From positions 1,612,001-1,676,000 of the forward strand of contig OZ037769.1 in NCBI GenBank assembly GCA_964035545.1: a stretch of 64,000 nucleotides of DNA, written 5' to 3'. How positions within the stretch are numbered: position 1 is the stretch's first letter; every line of letters begins with the position of its first letter. This DNA comes from Bugula neritina (lineage: Eukaryota; Animalia; Bryozoa). Shown here one piece after another: positions 26,341 through 49,600 of this stretch. A model generated the notes under the pieces. That model saw nothing but the letters and a program-made list of their open reading frames with translations, had not been told where the DNA came from and made no database searches. The position numbers were made by a program, and so were the translations under genes.

Positions 26341-27617
26341 TGAGTCACAGCAGATTATGCTGAGACCTTAATGTATATATAGGTCCATCACTGAGATCCT
26401 GAGCAACCATTCTCAGGTGAGTAAATGGTCAAACTGTTTTGGCCCATAGGTGCTAAACCTAACTTAGTTTCCTCTAAGGCCGCCATTAGTGTATGTGAAC
26501 TATGCAAAGCTTTGTGCAGACAAGCTGTGCCTACAGCATCCAGTTTCAGCTCTCACTTACAGTTACTATACAAAAATATGTGCTCGTGATCAGGCAAGGT
26601 TAAATAGCAAAACAATCTCGCCAGTGAAGCTTAGTGAGGTGTGTGATTCAAACTAAATACAAATGTTATAGTCCGCTAGAATTAGTCACATATTTACAGT
26701 TAGCATGCATATGATGAGCAATGGAGAAAAATGTAGCTTTTTTCATATAAACATATTATGAATCTCATATCATAATGTAATGGATAATATGGGAGCTTCA
26801 ACTTTTAGCTAAGAATGGAAGTGGCACAACTCCTTCATAATATTTATTCGAATCAAAATCAATTTTTTAAAGTACAAATTCCAGTATAAATTTGACATAG
26901 TAGTGTATTATTTATATAACTAATAAAATAAGGCTTGATTAGAAAACCAATCAAATGACCGAAAACAGAAAAACGTGTACTGGTATATTATAAGCATTGA
27001 ATACTAAAAGATTGAAAAACTAAAAATTTGATTTTATTGTCAACTGATATTCATACATAATTATTTTAGATTCCAATACAATACAATTATGCAAACTGTA
27101 ATAAAGCACATAAGCACATCAGTAGAATAAACCTGACAAGAATTACTATATAACACAGGTGTATGACAAGTTAGGTCATACAAATTATTTATATTCAGCG
27201 TATTTCTAAGATAAAGTATTACACTTGTATATACACGAAAGGCCGAAGGACCTGTGTGTAATTAAAGGAAATTGTTAGAAGCAGCATCGAGTTGGGGTGA
27301 TGGAATTGGATATTTGTACATACATAAATACTGAAACTCTGGGGTAACCTATGCACTCTGTGACCACCAACTCCGTACTGTTTCAAGAGGGTTTTGTGAC
27401 TAAAGGCCCAACAACTTGTCACTATAGGCATCATAAAAAACCAGTTATTTAATTTACAGCATAATACACATATCTACATGAAGCACTACACATGTTATGT
27501 GTATATATGAAAGGCCTTGTAAGCCAGTAAGGGCCCAACAAGCTGTCACTATAGGATAGGAAACTAGGTGTGTATGTTAGAGGCTGTCACTATAGGCTAG
27601 GAAACTGGGTGTACATG

Positions 27618-30261
27618 TCACAGGCTGTCAATAAACCTGCAGATGTGTTCCATGAACTTCTCTGGTTGTTTTCTGTGAATCAAATGACCCGCATTTTGTA
27701 TCATATGAATTTCTGCTGAGGGAAAGTAAGAGGTCAATGCAGCCTTCTGCTCCTCACTGAGCTCTCCGGTACTGTAAGTACAATGTTTATGTAATTACTG
27801 TACATATACACATATACACTGTATGTCTATGTATTATACGCAGTAACTGTAATTATACTAAACTATACATACATATACACCTGCACTCAATCACGCTGGC
27901 GCACACACAAACAGATATTGTATGTACATGTATGTACATGTGTCTGCATTTTGTAAGCAGTATATGTAAGTCCAGGTAAGAATGACACATATTTATTGTA
28001 AGTGCACAGAGTTTATGACAGCTATCTGAAAATATGTAAAGGAAATGAAAATTTCTCTAACCTGCCCCATTTCTATGAAAATAGTAAATATAAGGTACAT
28101 AAAATCATCATTAGTTTTCAAAAAGTTGCTTTTAAATTTTCTGAAATGAAAACTCACACTAGTAAGCTACTATTATATAACCTAAATCCACACCAATACT
28201 AATTTTCTGCAACTTTCACTATTCCAAACAACTGCCCCATTGCTGACCATTATTAGGTACTTTACCCTATTCACCTGTCCTAAGATGTTGCAGACTTACG
28301 GTTGATTGATTGAGTCACAGCCTCCTAGGAAGCAGACTGGACCAGTGAATTGGCATCCTGCCAAGGTCTCATCCCAACTTGTGAGATGGTCCAGATCTTT
28401 GAGAATTGCTTGTAAGTTGAAAGTACATGTTGCAGTTTTGCTGTCCTCTTTACTTACAATGATATTTTGAGTAAAGAACAAGCTAATACTCCGACTCTAT
28501 AAATGGGACACAAAACAACATTTTCAATAGTAGCCAGAGATTGTGCGTAGTGATGGACGGACAAATTTAAAACACTTACAAACTTGTGAGTAGTTATGTA
28601 ATGCAGAAAGAGCAAAAAAGAGAATAAAAGAGAATGGAGGAGAAAGCAAAGGAGAGCAAACGAGAAAGCAAAGGAGAACAAACTTGAAAGCAAAGGAGAG
28701 CAAATGAGAAAGCAAAACTTCTCTTACCGCCTACTAATGAACCCTTAGCAGTACCGAGAATCAACTTTAAGGAGATGAACTGTAGCTTTGTTTGCAACAT
28801 ACTCAAAAATTCTTAGATTATACACAATGCAATATGCACCAACTTTTTCCAACCTACATACATAGTATGTAGAAAATGAAGTTTTGGAAATATTGCGCAA
28901 GCTTTAAAAACTATAATGACAAATACATTGATAAATTTCATCTACCTGTTCCACTTTTTCAAGTTTAGGTAAGGCCCTCTCTTTCAAGTTTTCTAGGCTA
29001 CCATCTGGTAGAGACATGTCCAAAAATGCCAGCACTTCTAAATACTCTCTGATTTTAGATTTCAGACTACCACTGATCTTGCAAGGAATAGTATCCTCAC
29101 TTATGAGTGAGTGCACACGTTGAGGCTGCAATAATACAGAAAGTAAACTGATGTGCAAACCAGTTATGTGTAACTCTATATAATTTATAATAATTTAAAT
29201 CATAATGTAGAGTAGACAGCATGAATTTTGTACCACAGTTCAGCAGCAAATGAAAGATATTAAATCATTTCTTCTTTTTCAATTCCTATGCAACTTTACA
29301 GCCTTTATTAAAATACATTTCAATTTAAAATGTATTTAAATGGTTATATAACAAAATATAATGTTCTACGGCTATATGCTATAATGTTCTAGTACAATCT
29401 ATATTCAGTGCGTAGTTGTAACATATTTTGTCGATCAGAAATGTGGCAAAAAAATATTTTAGCTATTTCAACAAACACTCCAAACCAAAATTTATTTAAA
29501 AAGTTTGAATAACTTAGGCTATTAAAATGTCTACACTACTGAAACTAAGTATCAAACAACTCACATGAAACAGAGCCAAAGTCATCATCACGCTAGCACC
29601 CATGCTGCTGCCCAGGAAATGTGCCTTGGTAATATTCAATTTATCTAAGTGAGTGATAACATCATGTACCATCTCCTTATACTGCATGCTGGGTGCCTGA
29701 CCACTCTCTCCGTGGTTCCTCAGGTCTATCGTCAGCACCTGACAGCATAATGAAATTGTTTGTCAAAAAAATATTATGTTACTTGCAACATGTTATATGA
29801 CATGGAAATTTATTTATATAAGTAGTACAGTAAACTGCATATATTTTATATGCTAAAACAATGTCAACCTAGAATCACAAAGCACAAAGCCATTGCCACT
29901 AAATAAAACATCTTCTGTCAAAGTTGATGGGCAGAAAAATTTTGTTACATTTGAAAGTCGCTGCACAATGTCACTAAATGTTGAGTGAGAATATTTGTAG
30001 TAACCTCTCTTTTCAACAGCTTTGCCAGCTTCTCAGAGAGAGTGTGCCAGTCTCTTCTAGATCCACACAAACAATGCAGTATTACAAGGGGAGAAGACTC
30101 CTTATTCCACTCTCCTTCAGGTAGATATTGGGAATATGCAAGCTCCACAGCAGACCTTAAAATATAATATTTAGACTTAGAGGTCATGTGACTTATTTAT
30201 TATTTACATCATAATTATTATGATCAAACAATAAATCTTATTCTTTGCACTCTCACGCCAT
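27618..30261 (-). CDS. ABHD11-like hydrolase, derived copy E
   Basis: Exons 30261-30257, 30155-30005, 29738-29565, 29125-28946, 28496-28300, 27771-27618; frame open, splice sites intact. Confidence 0.85.
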
Positions 30262-33200
30262 CTTTTTATCACTTGCCTTATATGATTTGTATGCTAATCT
30301 CTTGCTGAGAATTCAATTTGGCTGAAAGTTCTAGATTTTGTGGTTTTGTTATATAAATAGTGTGAGTGTGATGATTGAAGCTTTAGAGCTAAGGCTAGTT
30401 GTCCAGAAGTTAACCTGAACCATTATAATTATAATATTTATGTTAATGGCAGTTGAGTGATACTTACAATTACATGCCTATTAACTGGAGAGTAAGAAAA
30501 GGTACTTACAGCGATTTTGCTTCTTGAGCAGCTTTTCCTTCTCCATTTAGCATATTGAAAATGATTTGGCAAGCAGCTGTTAGATGATTCACAAATTTAA
30601 AATATAATTTATATAGTTGAGAAAAGTCAGAAGTATAACTATGGCTATAGAAGTAGATATTAATAATGACACTAAGAGTATGACTATCACGTATATGCTT
30701 CTCGTTGTACACCCACCAGCAGAATATTTTTGAAAAAAATTTTAAAATTGTAAAAAACAACCTCAAAGCTAGCTATCTATTGATATATAGAAATGATGAG
30801 TTATATAAAGAATGGAAAAATGTTTCACGTTGTTCCTTCGTGCGCTTCAAACCTTGACTACTCTGATGAAAAATTTTTCTTCAAAATCTCCATTTCTGCG
30901 CCAACTGTAAATAGGTAAAACAGGCAAAGGACCATGATATGGTAACCTTCAATCATCCACGCTGATGTTATATTATCCTAACTTGGCAAGTGTGTAGTTT
31001 TATGCCCCCCCCCCCCCCCAAAGCAACGAATTTAGATATAAGCGAAAATATAATATATACACTGTAAATTTGTATTAATTTTAGTAAATTTTAGTACACT
31101 AGAAACATATTTATATATTATTATACTGATGTTTTTCTGTTCTATCATTGCTGGTTGCTTACTTAAATATAAATATATTTATTATATAAATAATGACTAA
31201 AAAGAGCAAAAACTCACAGTAGATACAAACTAAAGATCTGCATTTCTGCAGAAATACAACATCGTTATCTATAAAAAAAACCTCATTTGGGTTTATAGCC
31301 ATTCCTGTGAGAACCTCTGCTAAAAAGTGTTTTAAGCAGGCTAAGTAGTGGAGTGTGGGATTCACACTAAACGCAAACATAGTTCACTACATTTTATCTA
31401 TACGCGTTAGCATGCACAGGATGAGCAATGGAGCTCAATGTATAGTTTCTTCATAAAAACATAATCTCATCATATGGTAATGGATAATATGGGAGCTTCA
31501 ACTTTTAATAGGAATAGAAGTGGGACAACTCCTTCATAATATTTTAAAGTACAAACTCCAGTTTAAATTCGAAATAGAAGTGTATTATTTGTATAACTAA
31601 TGTCTAATGACATATAAGCCTTGATTTTAAAAGCAATTAAATAACCAAAAACAGAAAAACATGTGGTAGTATATTATAAGCATAAACAAAATTAATCTAA
31701 AATAAACAATAGTAGTTACAGAAAGTATGATCAGGGAGAAAGATTAAGGCCATTGTTGTTAAATTATTATAATAATTATTATAAACTATGTTTATATTAT
31801 CACCAAGTTGCATGATATAGTTGTTGCAGCTGTAATTATACTTGTGTGCTGCCTTTCAAATATTCTATTTTTTCATTTTGAAGATGCTGCCAAAAATCTG
31901 GGCCCAAATGCTTATAGAATACTAAAGCACGTTTCAACACACATACTTTTTAGTAACATACAGATTAATGTGCTGCTCTATAATATACTCAGTACTGGTG
32001 ACTCAGCAGCTGTAAGCTTGTATATTATATACTATACATATAATATACTATGTGCTTCACTGAAAGTGCTTTAATTTGTTAATTATCTTCTCCCGTTTAT
32101 TTTTAGCTACCAAGAACAGATACCTTCTATACTTTGTTGTAATTGGAACTAAAGGATACTGAAATAATTTTACTAGGTATTGTTCTAGCTTTTCCCTTTT
32201 ACATAAAATATAGCAGCTGCAGTTCTGAGAATTGCAATTATTGTTATTTAGTCAAGATTATTGACATTATCTTATATAATGTTTTACTAATGAGCATTTG
32301 ATTTGTGCTGCTGAAAAAGTAATTAGGATTATATGAGCAGAAAACTCCGTAGAATTTTGCTGTTACTTAGGAGTTGTTTTCCCATAAACTGCGTAATTAA
32401 TTTCAAGGAATTTTCCATTTACGTGCGGCTCGAGTAATGATCATGATTCACGAATTACTTAAAAATTGCGCAATTAAATACTATAATATTATAGTAAACA
32501 AAACTGACCTATAATAAGCCTCTAGCTTGGTAGTTATTGCACTCAGCTACAGTGATTGCGCAGGGACGGTTATAATATTGATCACGATCACTCTCATAAA
32601 ATTGTATAAAGCCACTAGTACTATTCCACATATTAATATAAATATGCATATTACTTATTTTATAGGTCATACTCCTAGCCATGGAACTTTTCCTTAGGCT
32701 TGTGGTTACCGTTATAATTATTATCATGTTTGAGTAGTGTAACATTATTTATTAGTTTACTTGAAGTTGAGCGCCAGTTTCACTTTGAGTTTGACTTTCA
32801 CTTTGAGTTTGACTTAAAAATAACATTAACTTTAAGTTGAAACTTAGTCTTATGCCCCATGGGCGCTATCTCTTATATTAAATTTAATTTTCACGTCGAC
32901 AATCGTCTGAACTTTAATCTGCATCAGTATGAAGATAAAATTCAAATTGAAAATGAATATAAAACTTAAACCCAGTTAAAGACTAAAATTCTAAGTGAAA
33001 TAGAAAATTCATGTTAAATTTAAATTCAACAATTATATTTATACGTATAGTTGTAGTAAATTGAAATTAATATGATTATATCAATAGTATTACTATTCTT
33101 GTTAGTATTAATTTTAATATTTATATCATTTCTTATTGAATCGTGATATTTGTATTGTAAAGGAATTTGGTATAGGTACAATCACGGAACTGAAACTATA

Positions 33201-34113
33201 GTTATAGTTCCATGGCCATGGGTACAATAACAATTGCATACTGATGGTGATACTGATAACTGATAAAGTGATATCCTTCACTCAAAAGCTATGAGTATGT
33301 CTATAGCTATACAGTTTAGTGTTACTGTTATATAATAATGAAACTATAAGACTATCATTAAGCACATTGTATTTAATAGTCATTCTTATTATTATTATTA
33401 ACTCTAAGCTATTATTTTTTATGTTATATCAGTTAATTTGCTTATTAGTTATTATCATTATGATTATGGTTATCATTATAATTTTGATTATTACAACTAT
33501 CGCTATAATTATTTTCAAGTTAAATTTCATGTTAGCTGATGATCATCCTAAATGTAATAATAATGAATACAAGTTAGTATAGGTGAATGTATAGCAATGA
33601 ATATCAATTATTTATTTTAATCATTTAAATGGTTTTTTAATGATTTTACTAGCTACCTGCCTTGGTTGGTCAGAAATAAGTGAAGTGCATTTTTTAAACG
33701 TTAAGTTTCTAGACCTGCAAAAATATTAGTTTGCTAATCTATAAAGTTGATAGGAATCAGTTTGTGACTTGGCGTGTTGACTAGCTGCGGTGGTATTGCT
33801 ATGACAGGCTCAGTCGGCTGTGCTTATTTTTAAATTGTGTTCATTTTTCTACAGTAAAGCAATGCTAACCAAATTGCATCATTGCTATCTAAGATACCTT
33901 TCTAGGATTAGCTACACCTCTAAGTTATATATTTTTAAATTCGGACATTTTTGTATAAAATATAATATATGTTAACCACAACAATTAACAAACAATTATA
34001 TATAAATTATATTTGAAGTTATTTTATGCATTAATACAGCTGAGTTAATGTTTGACACCACAAAGTTATTTCATATATATTCATGTTGTACTTCAGGCCA
34101 ATTTATCACAAAG

Positions 34114-42143
<8,030 letters not shown>

Positions 42144-43663
42144 GAGAGAGGGGGTGTTTAACTTCTCCCATCATTCACACTCATCACTTCAGCTATCACA
42201 GGAGACCACCAGCTGTATCAGTTTCTTGAAGTACTTAGTAATCCAATATATAGTATTATCTGACAATTCAGTGGTTATTGTTTCATTATTTTATAATATA
42301 AATATTTTATATTATTATTTAAAAAAGGTTTTTTTGTTAACAACTGGCTCAATCCCATTACCTGCTTTCCTTGTCCTTAATTTTGGATGAATTAAAATTT
42401 AAAATACTTTGCATACTCTACTCATATATTTTTATTGTATGAATTACATGGGGCTAGCTTAAACATTTCTTTTAAATTTTTATATTTTGTACATATTTTG
42501 CTGCTAGTTGTCTGTTGATTATTGCTAAGACTTACGACACTTACCTGATTTGTTTACATACGAGATGTTCCTATATTTATACTGTAGTATTTTATGTTAT
42601 AGTTTCATATATGCTGTAATTTTTTACTATATGCTGTGATGGTTTATAATTTATACGATACTACGATATTGCTATTTAAACTGAATTGTATTAATTGGAT
42701 CATGAATTATTGAAAATATGTAGTCAGAATTTATCATTCTCACCCTTCATTTTAATCTCTGCTATTGGTATTATTGGAAATCATTTGTATTATTTGATTA
42801 TTTTGTTTATTCTATTTAGTGATAATAAACTTATGCGATCCACATATCTCTCTGATTTCATCTCTTATAGTCAAGAATTATGGTGTAATAGTCTGGGAAT
42901 TTTACCTTTCAGCATCAGGTAACAATTCCATATTATAACAAACAATAAATGTTTATAGCTCTACCAGGAAATGCGCAACCTTAGGATCATAAATCATGTT
43001 ACCTGTAAGACTACTGCCAGGATACCAATGCCTTATTGTGATAGAGTTTACCTTTTCAATATTAACACTAAGTAAATAATGCAGTCATTACTTAAATGTA
43101 GTTAGCTAGCTGATCTTATATATACATAATATTGTTGATATATAATAATTAAGTATAACTTTTTATTATAAATTGTATTTACAATTTTTTACAATAACTT
43201 TACAGATAGCTTATATATTTCACAGTAAAATTATGGCATTTGCAATTTTTAAGCCAGATTTTAACGGATACTGTTCTGAAAAGAAAGTTGTGGGCAATCC
43301 TTTTCAACTCACTTTAACAATCACTATATGGGCAGCTGATGTCGAGTGGTGACAAACCATGTGACAACAATAGAAGTTTCAATCATAATTTCGTCACAGA
43401 TCGGCCATTCAAAAAAGCTTTCTAGAATAAGATGTGTGGCTATCAGGTTGAGAATGCCACGCCTATAGCGGTTATTGATTAGTGAGTAGTATGGCCCATT
43501 GAATAAGAATAGCTAAACATAAAGCATGAAACATTATGAGTACAATAGGCTCATTTGATACTCTACTGTTGGGAGTAGTAACTCACCTCAAGGCTGGGCT
43601 CAATAAGCTGGGATGGTTGAACACATTTCACAATGATGTGGAACATGTCCAGTAATAGCTGCT

Positions 43664-46600
43664 ATGGCAGATAAAGTTAGAGGTAAGTTTCTTGCAACCC
43701 AGTTCTTGTATACAGATTCTTGTAAGGTTTCTTGTTATAACTTTCAACTTGATATTACAGCATATCATGTAACATAAAACTAAGTTTAGCAGCTTTGTAA
43801 CAAGTGCTTGACTTCTACTAACAGGTGCCCTCAATCAGATAGACTGGTCTAAATCAAATCAAGTCTCTATAAATGTTAAACCTAAGCAGCAGCCGAACCA
43901 AACCTCCTTGCAACAAGCACTTGCTCCTAAGCAAGCACCTGCCTCTAAGAAAGACGCTACTCCTGCTGGAGATGTACCCATAAACCAGTATCGAAGTATC
44001 GTAGCACCTGTCAAGTCGGGTGAGTCTAAAAAGCTTTCTAGTCAAAGCTCCTAATTGGCTGCTTTTACTACATTTTCATCGCATTCTGCAAGATTAATTT
44101 CTAATATCAGTCTATTTTCTCCCATCACGGAACACTGGATATATACAATTTATTTAGTGTTATGGCACACCTTGGTAGCCTAAATAAAAGTAGAAAATAC
44201 ATTCCATAAAGTGCTGTTATGGAGCTTCACCAATTAAAATCAAAAATGTGCTTTCAAAATGGGAGAAAAAACAAATCGTTTTGAGGTATATTTTATTTAC
44301 TAAATAATAATACAGATAATCAAGTAAAGTATTGTGCCAATTATGTATGTGCTACTAATGAATGCAGATGTACCCTATTGTTCAGATGCTAGTAAACATT
44401 CGTATGACATCTAGTTAAAGATGAAGAAAAAGTGGTATTAAGAAAGCAGCCTGCTGAGCAGCGTAGAGGTCAAGGTGAAGAAGAAGCAGATGAAGAAGTA
44501 CAAGTGTACTTAGGTTACTTGGGTTCACTGAAAGTGCCTAAAAACCACACCTCAACAGGTGAGTACAGAGAGTTGTGGGAAGTCTCATCTTTCCATGATA
44601 ACATGAGACTTAGAGTAGACAGGTAGAGTAGAGCTTTACAACTTAGTCTGGTAGTACAAATAATGAATATCCAATCAGTTTATAACTAAACAGATAGATA
44701 ACCTGATGCAGCTTCATATCAAATACGGCTCTAATTAGCTGTATCAAGATACCGTTTAGTTCTCATTCACAGCCTACTTTTTGTACTGGTTGTATTCATT
44801 GGATGGCTCCCTATAGTGTTTTTCTTTGACTGCTGTGTAGTATGACACACATTGTGTTTTATTATTCAGGTTATGGTGAATATTTCTGCCAATATATTTT
44901 CATAAAAACTGAATTTAGTGATGGACAGTTCATATATCAGCATTGCAGAGCTTGGCTATCTTTTAGTTTTTTTTAGATATTTTCAACATATTTAAAGTTT
45001 ATTTATTTAAAGTCTATTAGAGGTTTTAGATGTTGAAAATGTAGCATTTGCTTTTAACATTCCAAACTACTTGAAGCTTTAGTAGCAAAGTAGTTAGCTT
45101 CATTAATTTTACAATATTTCATTTTCTATACTTTTGTCGCTGCGTGACAGCCTAATCTACGCTAAGTCCAGTTTCCTGTACATATTGCAGCTCTTGCGTA
45201 TAGATTCATGTCAATGTATTATGAATGTATGTTAATACTGTTTAATCAAAGGCTTTTATAGCAACATGGCCTCCCCTTTTATCAACAACCCAGACTCAAC
45301 AATCCTCCCTCAACTCTAACAAACCTTTATTATATTTACTAATCTCTTGGCTGGGTCTACTATAGACCACATGCTATAATAGGAATTAATATAATATGGT
45401 ATATTCTAGATTAAGATATAAGTGCATAAAACGTTAGGAAAACAAGCTTGGACACTGTAGTATAACATAGAGAATTTATCTGAGATATGAGTTCAAGTTA
45501 GTATCAACTTTATACATGGTACGTAGAGTCTGATTTGTGAAACACGTTCTGATTACCATGCATTTCTAATCAGACAATTTACAGCAACTATCAAACTTGT
45601 TAACTTGAATTAGGATAAGTTAATTTAAACTAAAAAACAAATTAAGATAAGTTGAAATAAATTATATGATAAGGTAGGTTAAAATAAAAAACCAATCAAG
45701 TTAAGATAAATTGTGATAAGATTGCTAGAGCTAAAATAAGTTGGGCTAAGATAAGATGGGTAGGGTAGAAGGTAGACTATTAATTGCTTTACTGGATGTG
45801 ATCAAATCTTTTCTCCTGTATATTCCTTAGTTTCACTATATATTACTTTATATCTTACATAATATTACCTTTCTCTTATACTACCTTACCATGCACTTTG
45901 TATACGGCCTAATTCTATATTACATAATTACCTTATTTGCAGTATGCAACTTTATTCTACCTTCTATTTTGAAGATGAAGTTATATAAAGTTAATATATT
46001 GTAAGGCGAAGGTGTGTAAAATAAAGGTATAACGCACCAGTAACCGTTTTGGTTTTAGGAGATATAAAGACAGCTAACAGCAAAATCTCCAATATGGCTG
46101 ATGACGTCAAAGAATCTATCTGTATTGTTATTTTTGTTGACAGGAATTGTGGCTATCCAGGCTCCAATGCGGGAGTTGTACTTCCCATATAGAGAAAAGA
46201 AGACCATAGCCCAAGAGCGTGTCATCAATGTCAGCAAACCTAGACTAGAGGTATATTACATGTCCCATCCCCATGGAGATGAGCCCGAAACACTGGCTAT
46301 AGAATGGAAAGATATTCTATACGTTGAGCCTCTCAAATTCTCCACTAAAAAGTAAGTATAAACTATAGTCATGTGTCTATAAATGAATCGGCTAGTTTTC
46401 CATGCAATTTTAATTTCTCAAGCCTGTAAACAGCATCTACTTGAACTGCTATATTTCATTAAATCTGCAATTGCAAATATTACATTAAGTAATAGGCTTA
46501 GAGGTTCTTTAAAACTAAATGAATTACCTAAAAAGTAGGCTTCTAGTAGAACTAGGTTGAGGTGCGAATGCATGTTTTATGTTTACATAGTTTAAAATAC

Positions 46601-49600
46601 CTACCAGCATTCAAACTTTATATAACTGAGTTTTAGCACAGTTTATTTGCAGGTAAAGTTACTCAAAGGAATTATGTGATTATTTAGTTTCGAATTTGTT
46701 CCAATTGTTTGCCCATAATGCTGCGTAATCGTGTTGGTTTCAATGTCGTTTTATGTGACTGCTGCAAATGCTTTTTGTTAATTCTGAGTATCAAATTTTC
46801 ATAAAAAAGCTTTGTTATGCACATTACTTGATTTTCAAATTACGAGTAGAAATTGTAAAGGAAACAATACATCTGAAGTATGCAGCTTAGAATTACATAG
46901 GCTGAGTTGCTACCTATGTAGGTTGTGAAGTAGGAAGTATGTGCAATATATGTGACATTACCTGTAGCTCAACTAGGTTTACATAATAATGATGTGCATT
47001 CATTGAATAGCCTTTGAATATTGTACTGATGAAATGCAAACTTGTAATAACTAAAAAAAATTAGATGGGGGATTGCAATTAATAAAGAAAGTCTAAAAAT
47101 AACACCAGCCAAATACAATAAAATACTGTCAAGTTTATCCTTATCTCTATTTTCTTCTGCATAATTTAAAGTTTATGTTGTTTTTCCTAATTGTTGACCA
47201 ATTTCGATCACTATATCAGTATTAAATTATGACATATAGGATCCGATAAAACTATCGGGCATCATATTATACAGTAGCATGTAAATCAAAATAATCTAGC
47301 GTATTCCATATAATATACTGTTATGCATCATATATTTTTAATGATTATAACTAAATCCATATTTATTATGAAGTGCATTATATTACATAACAGAGAAATA
47401 TTTAGGTCATGAGATTGCTTTCCATTCTGTGCTTACAGTATATATGCTAATTTATATTATTTTATATTAAACTCTATCTTATATATTATATTTCTATATA
47501 GACTAAGCAAAGACAAGAAGAACATGAGAGCGGCCTTTGAGCCCTGTGAGTCTCAGAGACTGGCTATGCTAGGTAATCGGGACTCCCTGTTCACCCCCCT
47601 CCATAAACAACACAAACACATATCTCTACTCAAACACCCGGCTCTGCTCTGTATGGTTGTGCTGGGCAACAATGAGCTCTACACTCATGGCTACATCTGC
47701 AGCACGGTAGAGGAGTCAGTAAGTCTAGACATCAAGTACCTGATTATCGAAACTTGGCTTCAGTTATTTTTAAAATATTTTATATAGAGTAGCACAGCAT
47801 AAACTCCTGCGAGTTTGTATGTAGAAAGTAATTTTATCTCATTTTAGGTATTTTTGGCGAAGAAAATTAGAGATGAAATAGAATTTATTCGAAGAGAGTC
47901 TTTAAAAGCTGGCCAAGTGCCAAATTCCACTCTGATGGGGGAGAACCTTGTAAGGGGAGATAATAGCTACACTGTCGTTAAAGCTCCATCTTTGAGTAAG
48001 TAAAGGCAACAGCTACATAAGAAGTTTGTTAGATTACTAGGCAAAAATAAATAACAGCAAGTAAATAGAATATAAATTAACAAAAACAAAATGCTTGCTT
48101 TACCACCATGTTTTTGGTGATATATATATTATAAATTGTCTTAAGATTGCCAGGAACAATATTCGTTTTACCCTTTAGAGTCTAAAGTGGGGTCTAAGAA
48201 AAATTCAAGTAAAAAGAAAGACAGAGGAGCTTATTCTACTCATACAGGTTTGTGAGAGAAGATGCAATGTGTTTCCCCACAGTTAGCATCATTGTGTAAA
48301 AACAGCAGCTAAACTAACCCCATGATGCCTAATAGTTATAAAACATAGTTTTTAAAATTTGTGTGTATGTGTGTGTGCATGCGTGCGTGTGTGTGTGTGT
48401 GCGTGTGTGTGTGCGCGTGCTGCGTGTGTAACTTAAGGTGCCTCTAGCTTAACTCTTAACTCAGACAGTCATCATTCGTTTAATCTAACTATATTTGTTG
48501 TTATTTAATGTCAAGGGGAGGACGAGGTTGATTATGGGTCGTTTCACTTTGGACTCACTCGAGAGGAGTTCGTACCTCAGTACGAACCTGCAACTCATGA
48601 TGATGAAATCAACCAATTGATAAACCAAAACTTCCTGATTGGCCGACCCGGAGATCAAAATGAGGCAAGACAGAAAAGTCGACAAAGTTTCTTTTCCGAG
48701 ATAGAAAGTGGATCAGTTTCGGCGAGTGACTTGAATGTTAGAAGATCCAGTGATAGCCAGAGGCCTGTAGGGGTGGTACAGCCCGCAGTGAGGGACGGGT
48801 TTAAGGTTCTCCCATCTGATATCTCTGCTGATAAAACTAAACTCAAGCCGACAATCTTGAATGTAAAGACTAAGAGACAGAGTGAGGTACAGGAATTGTA
48901 TTTACATACACTAAATTAACAGCTACACAATAGTATAATTCACTAACATTCGAATATAGAAACAGAAAATAATATCAAGTTTACATTAAAGCCCACTTTT
49001 TCTTGGCTAGTAATAACGAAATTGAGATTCTTAATTTTTTAAACCTTTGTTTCCTTCTCTAACTGCTGTGTTGATTTTACCTAACTAATTAGTGTTTACA
49101 GTGGGAAGATGGTTTAACTCAATGCCAGCGATTGAGATTATATCATGTTTAGTCAGGACTACTGATGGAAGTTTTATTATAAAACCTGAACTTAAATTTG
49201 TGGTGTTGAGAGAACGGGGCGGCTCCTGTGGTGTAATGGCTAGCACGCTTGCAAGCCTGAGGTCTCGGGTTTGAATCTCAGTGAGGAAAAAGGTTTATAA
49301 AGTTAAGACTAGTCATTAATTGAAAATTGTTGCTAATATTTGCTCTAATATCAAAATGCTGCTCTAGATAACGCCAGAGTTAGATTTTAAACTGAAAATG
49401 AGGCAAAAAGAGAGCGAGGAGACAATCCTCAACCCACTAGCTCCGAGAACAGTTGTAAACCCGTTGGCAGAAGCTCACCCAGAGCAAAACAGGAAGTCGT
49501 ACATCAGTCCCACACCCGGACCAATCAGCAAGGTGAAGAATCTTCTAGAAATTTTTATTGTTTTATGGCAGTGTGACCTTACTTCTGTCTATAAATTGTC

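Larger units (their letters stand above)
11950..31690. repeat. Tandem segmental duplication array, unit ~5.4 kb, each unit carrying an ABHD11-like gene
   Basis: Homologous stop codons at 12464, 16755, 22165, 27618 (spacing 4291, 5410, 5453); introns and spacer DNA align between units (e.g. 15580-16200 ~ 20870-21500 ~ 26340-26900). Outer boundaries approximate. Confidence 0.9.

Noticed and set aside
32300-33620. AT-rich low-complexity tract similar in style to 63000-63700 as a Helitron or DNA-transposon remnant
   Set aside because: No termini, TSD or coding remnant could be defined by eye.
49216-49288. Functional tRNA gene
   Set aside because: A/B boxes present but no acceptor stem or anticodon arm.
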